Shown here piece after piece: positions 48,940-61,663 of a DNA stretch of 64,000 bases; the stretch's first letter is position 1; every line of letters starts with the position of its first letter. Both the position numbers and the translations under genes were made by a program. Below the pieces are notes generated by a model. The model ran no database searches and was not told the origin of the DNA. It saw only the letters and a list, made by a program, of their open reading frames with translations. The stretch is from Marsupella aquatica (taxonomy: Eukaryota; Plantae; Marchantiophyta): assembly GCA_973895155.1 (NCBI GenBank), contig OZ316892.1, positions 26,373,233-26,437,232 of the forward strand, read 5' to 3'.

Positions 48940-50871
48940 TCAAACATTCGCGACCCGATGTAGCATATCCGCCTCTCTTAAGATCTCCGAGCTCAATTCG
49001 CACAGCTTCTTATACTCAAATTTGGTAAGAGACGGGGAATGCTTTACTCTCTCCCACACCTCACGCCCAATGGCCGAGAAGTCCTCTAGCGTGGGAGCAT
49101 CCTCTGGTGCGGGAGAGGGAGGCCGAGGCGCCAATAATTCGGCAGGGGAATTGGGAGGGCATCTAGTATCCACATTGAACTTCACTGCTTTCTTCCTGCC
49201 ACCGCTACCACAGCGCGCGACTCTCTCCGGGGCTCCTCCTGTACCATGAGCTTTACCTGTGCTGCCACAACGCTGAATTACTTTCTCCGAGGTTCCAGCA
49301 CTATGTGTTTTGCCCCTGCTGCCCCAACGCTGAAGTCTCTGAATTATCTCCGGGGCTCCAGCACCATGGGCTCTACCTATGCTGCCCCAACGCTGGAGTA
49401 TGTGAATTATCTCCGGCGCTCCCGCACCAGGAGCTTTGCCAATGCTGCCACAACGCTGAAATCTCTCCAAGGTTCCTCCACCGTAAGTTTTACCTCCGCT
49501 GCCACAACGCTGAAATCTCTCCAGGGCTCCTCCACCGTAAGTTTTACCTCCGCTGCCACAACGCTGTACTCTCTCCAGGGCTCCTCCACCATTAGCTTTA
49601 CCAACGCTGCCACACCGCTGAACTCTTTCCGGGGTTCCTGCACCATGAGCTTTAACTGAGCTGGATTTCCTCCTCTGTCTCCTCCTCGCCTTGGCCCTGG
49701 CTTGAATTGAATTGAGCACAGAAACCCATCGTTCATTGGTTCCTCGTTCATTGGTTCCCCGTTCGTCGTTGTCAGATACCCAAAAACTAAAATTGGAAGA
49801 AGTCTTATTGCTGTTGAACTTATTTATGGTCTTGTCTATGGCCTCCTCTATGTTCTGATTTTGCTGTACCCACAAGTTTTCAGCCTTCCTGGGCTTCTTA
49901 GGTTCCTCCCACTGACTCGTGGTGAACTTGTCCGTAGTCTCAGATGTGGCCTCCTCGTGTGTATTATGACGTACCCACAAGTTTTCAGTTTTGCTGGGGT
50001 TCTTAGGCTCCTCCCACTGACTGGTGGTAAACTTGTCGGTAATCTCAGCTACGACCTCTTCTTGTTGGTTCTGCTCTTCCCTCAGGTTCTCAATCTGTCT
50101 GGGCTTAGGCTCCTCCCACTTATTGTGTGTGAAAATGTTGAAGGTCTCAGTTATGCCCTCCTCAGCTGGAATTTGCTGCACCCACAAGTTTGCAGGCTCG
50201 CTGGGCTTCTTCGGCTCTTCCCACTCATCTGAGTCACCAGCACTAACACTCTTAGCCAAATCTTCATCCACATCTCCACCCTGCTCTCTTCGTGCTGCGG
50301 ACGAGTTGAACACATTGCGTCCTCCTTCTGTGTCGTGGTAGCCACTGCTGCTCGTACTCACCATCGAGATGTCGTTCTCTTCGAGAAATACAAAAGCATC
50401 TCGAGCTGCTGCTTTGGCAGCTGACTCGGCGTAAGACTTGGCCACTGCCTCCATGGCATGGACGTCGAATCCCTTCAGCAAAGGAGATGCGAGGTAGGAG
50501 GCAAAAGAGTAGTCCCCTGTGCATAATTGGTTCACATGATGGACTCTGTTCCTTGCATTCGCTCCTCCTAGGAACATGTCCAATGTGGTGACGCAGTTGG
50601 AGACCATCGCGGTGTTGTTATTATCCCTGGACCTGGACCTGGACCTGTTGCCTCGCTTGCAGAAGAGAGACCCCAGGGCACCCAAATCCCCCACATCAGC
50701 TGAAATCCGGGGAGGGGTAGGAAATTCGAAGCTGTAGCGACCGCTCGGATTATGACTCTCGCCCTGTGAGCTCACACATTCAGGCGTACAAAACCCTTCT
50801 TCGTCGTCGTCGGTAACGTATTGGTCATGGTGGTGGTGGTGACCATGACCAACAGACAAGCACAGCCCCAT
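48940..50871 (-). CDS. Unknown 643-aa protein with putative N-terminal lipid anchor and two internal repeat arrays
   Basis: Long ATG-initiated ORF starting MGLCLS followed by a His tract; 4 x WEEPK..NL repeats and 8 x (Q/A)R(C/W)GS repeats that keep the reading frame. Confidence 0.75.
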   Translation of the reverse strand: MGLCLSVGHGHHHHHDQYVTDDDEEGFCTPECVSSQGESHNPSGRYSFEFPTPPRISADVGDLGALGSLFCKRGNRSRSRSRDNNNTAMVSNCVTTLDMFLGGANARNRVHHVNQLCTGDYSFASYLASPLLKGFDVHAMEAVAKSYAESAAKAAARDAFVFLEENDISMVSTSSSGYHDTEGGRNVFNSSAARREQGGDVDEDLAKSVSAGDSDEWEEPKKPSEPANLWVQQIPAEEGITETFNIFTHNKWEEPKPRQIENLREEQNQQEEVVAEITDKFTTSQWEEPKNPSKTENLWVRHNTHEEATSETTDKFTTSQWEEPKKPRKAENLWVQQNQNIEEAIDKTINKFNSNKTSSNFSFWVSDNDERGTNERGTNERWVSVLNSIQARAKARRRQRRKSSSVKAHGAGTPERVQRCGSVGKANGGGALERVQRCGSGGKTYGGGALERFQRCGSGGKTYGGGTLERFQRCGSIGKAPGAGAPEIIHILQRWGSIGRAHGAGAPEIIQRLQRWGSRGKTHSAGTSEKVIQRCGSTGKAHGTGGAPERVARCGSGGRKKAVKFNVDTRCPPNSPAELLAPRPPSPAPEDAPTLEDFSAIGREVWERVKHSPSLTKFEYKKLCELSSEILREADMLHRVANV

Positions 50872-53800
50872 GCTTGTTGGAGCGTCACCAACCCACCTTC
50901 TGCTTGCTTTCGCCTTCTGTTGCTGCTATCGGTGGCAGTGCCCCCCAATTCCACTTCACTTCGTCCTTCTGCATTGGCCTGAAAAGCCACCTTTTTCACA
51001 CCACGCCCCTTCTACATTTGTATCAATTGACACTTCTACAACTCACCTCGCAATTTGAGTGCACATCGGAAAACTGTTGTGTGGCTGAGCAGAATCTGTG
51101 GGTTCTTTCATTCGACTTGGTCGACTCCAGAGGACTACGTTGGACACTATCTTATGAAAACAGTGTATCGACCAGATCTGGTATTCCAGATAATGCTCTG
51201 CTGCAACATCCAAGGCGAGACGGAGAGCTCGGTCACTGTGCGGAGCAGTGCACACATTTTGACTGTGAAGTATCTGATGAACAATCCAATCTTCATCAAT
51301 AATTTGGAGGCAGGATAGAGCACATTTGGTTACAGCATTTGATCATCCATCCACTCTAGTACCTTTCGAACTGAAATCTGTGTCATGCCATCGCCTCGAA
51401 CTTCCCAACAAAGAAAAATTGAAGCAAAACAACAATTGTGCATCACTTTGAAATTGAGCTGGCCAGAATGACGTAATAATTTGTTCGTTCTATTTGAGTC
51501 CCGTCGCTTGAAGCCGCCACCACGGTCTGCACAATGAGGTTCCCCGCATCCACTCGATGCACAGAAGAGAAGAGTGACCGTTGAGGAACAAGGGACTACT
51601 ACTGGATCGTTGCAAAATACCTCTTCGTCGTCAATGACTCTCAGCTCCTCGCCTCCTCCATTATTAGCTCGTCACTCGAAGCCCACCGCCCCAGATGTTG
51701 CCCATCGTGCTGCTTGCTTCCATGCCCACCGCCACATCTCCACAATCACAATCGCCCCGAGACTTGACTGCCCGACGAAAGGATTGGTGCTCAACAAGAA
51801 TCGCGAAGGAGGAAAGCACAGAGGAGGAGGAAGAACAGCATCAAAAGAAACCGAGGAACAACCAGCACGGGCAGCAGAGTCGCTACAACAGAGCAGGAAG
51901 AACCGCAAACGGAAATAACAGAAGGGTCGATTGATCGAGAGCCTCGAGAGGAAGAGTGAAGAGTCCCTGAACCTCTCAGGAGAAGGTGGAGGGGGGAGTA
52001 GGTGAGCTCATGAGGTGGGAGGTGAGGTGGGGGTGGGGAAGGAATTGCGGTCGACAGATTCGCAATGATTACAGACTACACGTAACCCGACTGGCGATAA
52101 AGACTCAACGCAGCAGCGATAAATTAGCGGGAGCCAAAAATTTTTAAAACAGGGGACACCAATTGCAACAGTAAAGTCCGACTAAAAACAGGGGATCTCC
52201 CTTCCAACAGTGAACTCGTAGTGCGATTCCTCTGTTTTTTGTGGAGACACAGGTGAAACCGGAATGCAGACTATGAGGCTACGAGGGGGGCGACCGACCC
52301 CTCCAAAACTGCGACCCGGGTTTCATGAACCCTCACCTTCACGGCTTCACCGCTGGATTGTCTCCTAGAATCCTGGAAACACTCTCGGCCGTCCGTTTTG
52401 GTGGGGGTACGGTATCCTCCCTTCCCCGGCTGGGATGGGAATGCCATTTACTGCGCAGCCGGTTTCTCTCAATACTGACTGGCAATAGCCCGCACTAAGA
52501 TACTCAGACTGCTATAACAGGTCATCGCCGGTTCACTGATGTTGCAGACACGACGTTTCATGTTTGTGTTTTGGACGAGATCGGCGATGTCCTGTTTGCG
52601 ACGTTCTGGAGGGTGACGTTGACGTATCGTGTAGAGGAATATGGGCTATAGCCGGTAGCGAGGAGCCGACCGTCCCCGAGTAATTGAAGACGTGGAGATT
52701 GCTGAACGTTGATTGTTGGCTCGCGTATCTTCAGGAGTCGATTGCGGGTCGGTAAAATTTCTGAGCGTTAGAGCAATCAATCGGCCGAACGGGATGTGCT
52801 ATTTTTACTCACGAGCGAGCGTCGCGGAATCGCGGATGGTAGTCTCATAATGATTGAGGAGGAGCTGACGCAGTGACGCCTTCGCCTCATCACTCATCAA
52901 AGTCTGACGCCGCTGCCAACTGGAATTCACCGCCGAGCATCATTATTTGACCTATCAAGTTTGTCATCCATCTATGCGAGTGATTGGGAAGCGCCTTCTT
53001 TCTTTTTGGCCTTGAATGATTTCATTAAGTCATAGCATAGAGCGGGGCACCCGAAAAGGTGGAGTTGGGAATTCCTTCTTGCTTCATGGTGGAAACAGCG
53101 TCTTAGTCTGTACTGGTTCGAAAATCCTCACTATCTTTTGAAGAACGCTTCCATCTTCTGTTGAAGCCGAGATAGTCAGATAGGAATTGAATTCAATTGA
53201 AAGTACTCGCTTCAGTACTTTGCGGCTATCCAAAAACTGCCTTGATTCCTCTCTTCCACCCAGAAAAGTCCAGACGTTCAGAAATTCCCCTTGTTTTAGC
53301 GATGGAGCGGACTAAACTAAGCCCTACAAAACTACCCAAAAATGGCATAGCTGACTGCGAATTAATTTTACGTGTCCAATTGTTGCACGTCTGGACTGGA
53401 CGATACGGACAGACTCGCGCACATGTAGCCTGTCAGATCAATTAGATTGTAATTTCTATCCGCCCGCGCGGCAGCCCTTGTCAGAACGAGGAAGGTCAGA
53501 TCATTGTTAGCTCATTTGTTGTTGTGGCTCTGTGGGGGGCATTAGGAGTTTAGGACCCTAATGCGGTCTCCTCGGGGCCCGCGTTCTGCAGTCCCTCTAC
53601 TACTACTCTCTAGCGTTGGGGCCCTCCTGTTTGGGTGGACGCAGAATATCTTCACTTTATCAGCCGCAAAGACAATATCGTAGGTGCACATAGGGCATCT
53701 GGAGTTGTAGCCCATCAGACAAGCACTCAGTGTCCTGTAGAACTTGAACGAAGTCTCAGACAAAACGACAAGGACAAAATAATGCAGGGGAGGGACAAGA

Positions 53801-56638
53801 TTACAAGAAGGGATGTCGAGTGAACATTGGGAAACTCAACAATTCGACATCACAGTGCCCGGATATCAACTGGTTCAATTGGGTTTTTCGAGGCATACAA
53901 ACACATGGAGGAAGGTAATCCAATAGAAATCATGGACTACCCTCAAACGAAATCCGTCTGAGCATGGTGAGCTGGTAGACGAGGACGCGATCAGGCAATA
54001 AAGAGCCAAGATGTTGGTTGTCACTGTCCCAGATCAGGAAGGAAGTCTGTTTCGAATATGTGGGTTTTTCAGTCGGCCAGACGAAGTGCAGCCGTTTGTT
54101 CTCGAGTTCCAGGTGTAAATCTGAACGCAATTGTACAAATTTGTACAGCAATTGTCTGCGGGAAGCGGCCTGGGCAACCTCGTCGAAACACAATCCCATC
54201 TCGATGATTCCCATTTGCGACTTGAACAGAATGGCCCCGTGCCTTCCTGCTAGCAATCAGAACTAGAAAGCAGGAAGCTCCTTGTTGTGCAGCGTCTTTA
54301 CTGCACGAAGTTAACACGCCTGTCATTGTGTTCAAAACACCCGAAGAGACGAAGAGTTGTCTCGTTCTGCAGAAGTGAAGAGTTTGAAACCAGTTGATTC
54401 CGTTTCTTGGACAGGCCCTACTCTCTATGCTGTCGCAATTTGTTTGGAGTTTCAAAACTGTTTGATCTGTTTGATCAGTTTGTTGTCATTGTCAATTAAT
54501 GTTTGTACCATCTACAGAGTCAGCTGAGTCGAGTACTGATCCTTATATTGCAAATGAAACGGCAACATTGCATCTAATTTACAAGATAGCCAGGCGAAGC
54601 ATTGTAATGAGAATTCACATCGTTTTGCCATACAGCCTTCCTTTTCACTTGAATTTGGCTCTTAGTATTGTGTATGACCTGACAGATTACTCAGTTTCCA
54701 CAACGTAGTGATTGAAGACCCTTTTTCTGTTCTTCCCTAAATAGAAGGTCTAGTGCACCTTGCTGCTACTGTTCGACCGCCTTCTAACTCCTTTCAATTG
54801 TACACTCGGTGGCGTCTTCCTTTTTCACTTATGTTGACTTAATTGTCTGCAAATTTATTGAGAATGTCTGCTCTCTGGGTAGGCAAGCACCTGCATATGT
54901 CTGTTGGCAAGGAGCTGAGGGCATCAGTGCTCCCAGAAGCCAAGAAGTCCAGAATGAAATGTTCTGTTTGAGAGCAATGCCATCTAAGCATAACGGCCCT
55001 TGAGATGGAGAACATGTGGCTCAATCCCACATCACTTTTGAGTCTCCACAAAGAACACCTTCATTCGATTCAATCTCTCTATATCTTGTACATTCGACTG
55101 TCATGCTTGGGAGTTCGGACATACTTATGCAGAAAATGGAGAACACTGAATGTAGTGCAGGCTCCATGGAGAAGAACTGAAAGTTATCCTGAAATCTTTT
55201 GAACGAGAATTCTCTTTCTCTTTAAACGAAAACCAATTCACAACATGGGGTGATTGCACCCAACAATTGAGCGCCCAGTCTCCATAGACGACAATGCTTA
55301 TGTATGTACAGAAGATTAGCACAGCAAAGGGATCAGATCGCCCACAACAGCCTTCCTTGTAAATGCAGATATGTACTACTCCGAACTAAATTAAAAGCAA
55401 CGCAAATGACAGACTACTGATCTTCGGCTGTCGATGGTCAACAGCTGAGCCAGATTCGTTGCAATTGTTGAGCCTAATGAACACTTCTTGCTATTCTCGA
55501 GCTTCATTGGGTCTCCATAAACAACTTTTTTTGATTTACTGATTAATTTTGTATCTTTTTGTAACCGAAGGCAACAACAGGTTTTGATGCCATGCAGAGA
55601 GTACAGATAAAAAAAATCGAGACGATCTTAGAGTTTTTCAGACATTTTGCAATAGGATAAACACGCAATTTGCAATTTTAATCATGGCAGTGTGATGAAA
55701 AATGCGATCAAATGACACTCATCGTCGTCTGTACCTAAAATACAAAGCAATTTTTTCAATGGAACGGTAATGAGGGCTGCGCAAATGAGAGCAGGGTAAG
55801 AACCACGATGAATGTATTCGACGATACAACAACACAGCCCTTGAAATTCTCGAAAAGCCTCATCAGTTTATAAAGAATCCGACCGTTCGCAAAACCAAAT
55901 TCATAACAAGGGAAGTTTTCTGAATAAGACTTCAGGATCACAAACCCATATAATCCTTGAGGTTCTCCTCACTGACCACTTCGGTATGTTTTGATTCAAC
56001 GTCAGCATTGGAGCCGAGCAGTGCAATGGGTGGGCGTTTTCGTGTCTTCCTTTCTAAAGGGAATACTGTGTTGCACTGCAGACAAGGAAGACAGTTGCAA
56101 CGCTCTAGAATCCAATCCAGATTTTCACAAGACGAGAGTCGTCCGACTACATGGCCACATGTGGCAACCCACGAGGCTAGTAGACTGACATGAAGCTTTT
56201 GATCAGCAAACAACATTCTCACGTGCAACAATCATAGTGAAGATTCATCATATCTCGAATTCTGTGTGTGCCCATGCCAATTCCAGGATGCCGTGCCGTG
56301 AACCTGGAAACAAAGAAAAAGCACTTTACTCGAAAGGTCCATCACACCTTTTGAGAAAAGGTTTCTCTAGTGGCAGAACTCCACACCGGGAAGAAAACAC
56401 TTCGCATGAGCATCTCATCAGCATGACAGACTAGATAATTATGCACGAACCGTAAGAGTGAGAGGCAGCAATGAAATCTGGGATGTCAGCAAAATTGCCT
56501 GCCTACACAGCCTTAGACTACGTAGCACTATCCAGCTTGCGCCCCTACTCTTTGCAGATACTTACTGGCAGGAGTTTTGGGTGCTTGAGGAAATTGCAAG
56601 GAAGTGGAAGCAAGTCAACAAGAATGACTAGATGCTGA

Positions 56639-56846
56639 CGTTTGCCACGAGACTCTTTCCCATGACTTCCGGTGTCCCAGAGAAACATTCTGGTCTCTGG
56701 AGTAACCTTCTTGGGACATTCATTCATTGCTCCCTACTCAATTCGTTTGCCACGAGACTCTTTCCCTTAACTTCGAGTGTCCCAGAGAAACCTTCTGGAA
56801 CAGTTATTCTTCTTGGGAAATTCATTCCTTGCTCCCTATTGAATTT
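56639..56846. repeat. Diverged ~105-bp tandem duplication
   Basis: CGTTTGCCACGAGACTCTTTCCC...GTGTCCCAGAGAAAC...TTGCTCCCTA at 56639 and 56744. Confidence 0.85.
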
Positions 56847-57455
56847 TGTTTTGGCCTCTGAAACACCATTTGAAATTCATTCAAAAAGCCTTCACAAGCC
56901 AGCTTACAACAAGGGGGCCAGCACCCAGAAGGGCCAAAGGTCAAAGTGCCCAGACAACCGGGAGGCCCGGCGCCTGGAGAAGAAGAAAGACCAGGGACAG
57001 GCAGCTAAGCTGCAATTTAACTACCGCAACTGCACACTCCGTAAGACCGGCCAGTGAGCAGGGACTGGTGGAGTACTCAATAGTGGATCCGTGACAGAAG
57101 TGCGATTCTATTGGTTTGATTTGGTTTATTGCTCCCTATTTGATCCTACAATTCAATGCTGAAAGTGATTGTCATTGTTCTACCCATTGGTAGACACCGT
57201 GAAGAGATGAGAGTGTACGTTGTCACACTTTGGAATGCTACCTATGCTCCATGTATTCACACAAATGCAAAGTTTGCTCAACATTAGTCATCCGAGCACT
57301 CTCATTGTGGCAAGTGAGGTTGTGAGGTTGTGAATTCATATGTCAACCAGGTTGACATAAGCTTCATTTGTCAACCAGGTTGTGCAGAAAACCCCATGCG
57401 AAAGTGGGATTCACCCTTCACCAAAGCACTTTGCACACAAAGGACTTGACACTTT

Positions 57456-57768
57456 TTTTTGCCTTGGAACCAAAAGCTGACCCATCCAACAAAGTATATC
57501 TGTTCAACTCTGGAGCACACGCTTATGTAGGGTAGCCCACAAGGGGGGTCATATCCCAGACCAGGAGGGAGAGAGGGTTGGTCCAGAGCCCAAAGCAGAC
57601 CAGCCAGGGCTGAGGAGAAATCAGTACTCCCACCACTATACCCCACCACTACACCCCACCCACACAGTCACACACTCACCCTCCACAACCCTTGCATGTG
57701 GAGGGGGCTTTAACTTGGGACCTCTTGGTTCTAGGCTCATCCCCTGGCCAACTGACCACAGCCAGTTG
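57456..57768 (-). mobile_element. tRNA-derived SINE, copy 2, with A tail and long TSD
   Basis: Homologous to 42665-42940. A8 tail (T run 57453-57460). ~20-23-bp TSD GCACACAAAGGA(C/A)TTGACACTTT at 57433 and 57769. Confidence 0.85.
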
Positions 57769-59290
57769 GCACACAAAGGAATTGACACTTTGGAAAATTG
57801 AAGGAGGTCACTTTGTTAATACCAAAGTGGAAACGGGCAGGTGGACAACATCTAAGAGTGTGATCGAAGGGGTAGTAATACGTCTCAAATCTTGACACCC
57901 ATGCTCAGAGGCCTCAATACATAGAGGCCCCCATCACCTATGACGTTTTTAAGCACTGCACCCCCTAAAATGTAAGATTTTTATAAATTTTTTAAAACCT
58001 CTAAAGTTGGAATATTGGATTTAAATGATCCTAAAGTTATTCCACAAAATTTTCTCTAAGTCTTCCTTTAAAACCAATAAAACTACTCTATTCTTTGTCA
58101 CACGTGATGTGCCAATCTATGAAAGTGAAACCTTCAAGCACCCATGGAGTCTTCCAGAGTTGTTGATCATTGTTTGAGGTTATATCCCTGGTTACTACTA
58201 AAAACAGGTAGGGCATCTTCAAAGGTCCCCTGTTTTCCGTGGGAACTGTCAGCAGACTGCCAGTGTAACCCAAGGTGCTAACCATTCCCCCTAATCACCA
58301 CAACCACATAGTTAGCCTAGTACTCACATTTAAGCTTCAAGCTCAGGTGTGTTGTGCAAGGGGATCTCAGCAAGCTCATTGCAAGCTTGCATGTGTCCCT
58401 TTAATTTGGAAGATTGATGGATAAATCTATCCATTTGTATTTAGAAGCTTGAGGATAAATTTGTTGCATCATTTTGGGCTTGTTGAAAATCCCGCTGAAA
58501 ATCTGGTATCCACGGGTTAAAATGCATAGAATTGCACATCTGAAAAAGTCTTAGAGGTTTGTCAAGTGGAAACTTGAATGGAACATAATTGCTACTAGGG
58601 AGGTTAATGACTAAGTGCATATTTTGCTATACCATTGATGCAAAGTCCTAGCCAAATTCTAATACACCTACTTTATGAAGAAGATATTGTGGGAATATTT
58701 TTTAGTTCCACTTTCAATGATTTATTTTAGTTTATAAAAGGTATTTAATGGGAGTATTCTTAATATATTACATGAGTGCACAATACATGAGTAAATAAAT
58801 ATAGTGCAATAACTATGTTTTGAGAGAAATCCAATAATACAACATGATTATGCCTGTTCCATAGCCAACGAGCTAGTGCTCCTCCTCTCACCCTCACATC
58901 TCTCTCCTGGAGAGTGAACCTTCAAGTATGAGCACAAGTTTGTGTTCCCCTTGGGTATACCCCCTCCGATGCATGGTCTATGAGTACCTGGAACTCAAAC
59001 GCCTAGCTCGTACTATGAAAGTAAATAGATAATACTAGAGACACAACCTAACACATGTGAAGAAAACATCCATGTTTCAAAAAGGTCCACTTTTGGTTGC
59101 GTCTACCTTTGCCCCCGTCTAAACCCACTAGAAAATAGCAAGTCCCATTGTAGGTAGTTCACTCCAGATACCAGCAATTCACCAAGCCCTAAAACACAAA
59201 ACCCTACTGAATAAATAATTCATTGTTTTCACAAGAAAACATCAGGCAATTGTAGGTTGCATCTTGTGGTAGGCTTGCATTGCTTTGTAC

Positions 59291-59875
59291 TATGCTATTG
59301 CCTTGTGCGAGATGGTAGGCTGAAATAGTGAACCCCACAATCAGGCACCACACAAGAACTGCACATGAAATTGTGAACTTCACAGTAAGTCACCACAAGG
59401 CGCTCAGCCCTTTTAATTGCACATCAAAATATATGCCATCGCTATTGGGGATAATCCCTATCCCATGACACCATGCACATGTGAACACCATACAAAGTAG
59501 TCGACACAACGAGTACGTGATTCACCTCATGACCGAGGCTACGTCCACGGGGAAGCAAAAGACCTTTACTTCTCTCTTGCTGCAGTCCAACTATGAACTG
59601 AAGATCCACCAGAGACTGGCACCAGTCTTGACTATATACACAACAGCACTACCGCTAACCTTAGCTAAGTTCTAACCTGAATTAGACTAACTGCGGTTAG
59701 CTATACTTAGAGTCACACGACTAAGAACAATACCTAACAATCGCCTTGTGTGACATGGTAGGCTGAAATAGTGAACTCCACAATCAGGCACCACATAAGA
59801 ACTCCTCATGCAATTGTGAACTTCACAGGAAGGCAACACAAGCCATTCAACCCTTACAATTGCACATCAAAATAT
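59291..59875. repeat. ~140-bp tandem duplication interrupted by a solo LTR
   Basis: GCCTTGTG..ATGGTAGGCTGAAATAGTGAAC.CCACAATCAGGCACCACA...TTGCACATCAAAATAT at ~59300 and ~59743. Confidence 0.8.
59443..59739 (-). mobile_element. Copia-type solo LTR (297 bp)
   Basis: 5-bp TSD ATCGC (59438-59442, 59740-59744). Ends TATTGG (decayed TGTTGG)...CTAACA. Shares TACGTG.TTC.CCTCA...GGCTACGTCCACGGG with the Copia LTRs at 14835 and 24627. Confidence 0.75.
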
Positions 59876-61663
59876 GACAATAGTCGCCTACAATGTCAAT
59901 CCTTACCATGATAACCCCATTTATTCTCTGTATATAGCATGTTCATCCTGGAACATGTCTTTTTTTTTGTCTTCAAGTGATATGTAATTCACATGCACAT
60001 AAAATCACATTATGACCAAGAAAGTACAAAGGTACTAAAGAGTTGAGTTGTGCACATACACTACAGATTATCATTTGCTTCTAGGTAATTACATAAATTC
60101 AACTCAATTAAAGCCATAAATTTTGCAAAGTAAACCATGAGGGGACGTTAATACACCAGATGTTCACATTGATCAAATTCATTTCTTACACTCTCATGAG
60201 AAGAAAGAGAATTCACTAAGGAGTGATTGAAAAGGAAAGATTAAACCTTGATGAGGGGAGCCAAATACATTCAAAATACTCTAAATTCACTAAAATTCAG
60301 AGGGGTCCTAAAGTTAATTCAAAATCAAATTAATACAAATGATTTACAGGCACATTAAAATCAAATACTTGACACAAAATATGAATGAGACAAAATCTGA
60401 AAGGTGGATTCACCATATAGCAGCCTCGAAATTCTTTGTACATCACTTATTCATTCTACAACCGTCCAATTACAGGAGTGCGCAAGGCACCACACAAGAA
60501 CTTGAGTAATTTAATATGAGGGTGCAAACTGTGACAAGATGAACATGAAAAAAGTTGGAGTCCATCAGGACAACTTTTCCACAAGGGTGTCGATCAAGCA
60601 ATAGTTTTCTTAAAGCGACTGAAGTACGTCCACTCTGACCCTGGCTGATGTTTGACCCTAGCTGATGTTGTACAGCTTCAGAACAGGTTGCGATCCGAAG
60701 AAAGCATAGATCTGGAGGGCTCGTTGGGCTGTTGGGGTATGGCCCGAGCTGAAAACCTCCTGTAATCGACCGTAGAAAGCTTCTATGTCGTGCCGATATT
60801 TGTGTCATGAGGAAGCTAAGATCCGACTCCCTCCGTGAACCATTCAGTTGTGAGTGATGTAATCTTCCGGTCCAATTCGGCAAGGTTTCGACTGGAAAGC
60901 TGTACTGATTGAACCAAATTGTTCTTAAAGTCGAGTGAAAGCCCATATTCAATACTTGGAAAACCAATAGCATACGATTGAGTTGAAAATCCACTCATTC
61001 CCAAACTGTGCGCGCAGGCGAATTCGGTTCCGATCGTTCCTCCCTTGTAGAGTACTAAGTTGAGTTGCCATGCGAGATTCCTTTGCACACTCTTTTCAAG
61101 GGCCTGGGGAGTCGACAGCCCTCTGAGGGGAAGATTTCGAACTCACTCTGCCGAGCTGGATTGGGCTGGCTTGATCTGGCTGCAATGATGATTTCCAGCA
61201 TATCTCTTCAATGGACCAGGCATCGTAGCCTACCAGGTTGCCGGAAGTGCCGGAAGCTTCAAATCTGGATTGTTGCGAGTGTTCCGCCAAACCGCGACAC
61301 ATGCTCATGAATTGAAATTGAATCTGGTCCTGTATCCCTGCGGGAATAACAGACTTTTCCAGAATTGCAGTCTGAAGGTCTGATTGGAACCAAGGAAAGA
61401 ACATTCTTGGTGCAGGTAAGCTCTGCTTGAAGAATTGAGGGGAGAGTTCGTTGTTTGAAGCATAGAGCTCATTCTTTTCACGGAGCCATCAGGACATGGG
61501 GATGTATAGTCGTCCCCAGTCAATTTTTAGCAACAGAATATCATTGCTCCTGCTATCCCACTTGTTGATAAATGTTGTTTTCAGCTTTGAATCCAGGTTT
61601 GCATTCGCCATTTGCTGGGACACATTTTGTTAGTCCGCTCATGATTGCTTGCAAGTGACAACC

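Noticed and set aside
60470-61523. Cluster of short minus-strand ORFs upstream of the NLR
   Set aside because: No motifs and no consistent splice model; probably NLR promoter, 5' UTR or intron sequence.
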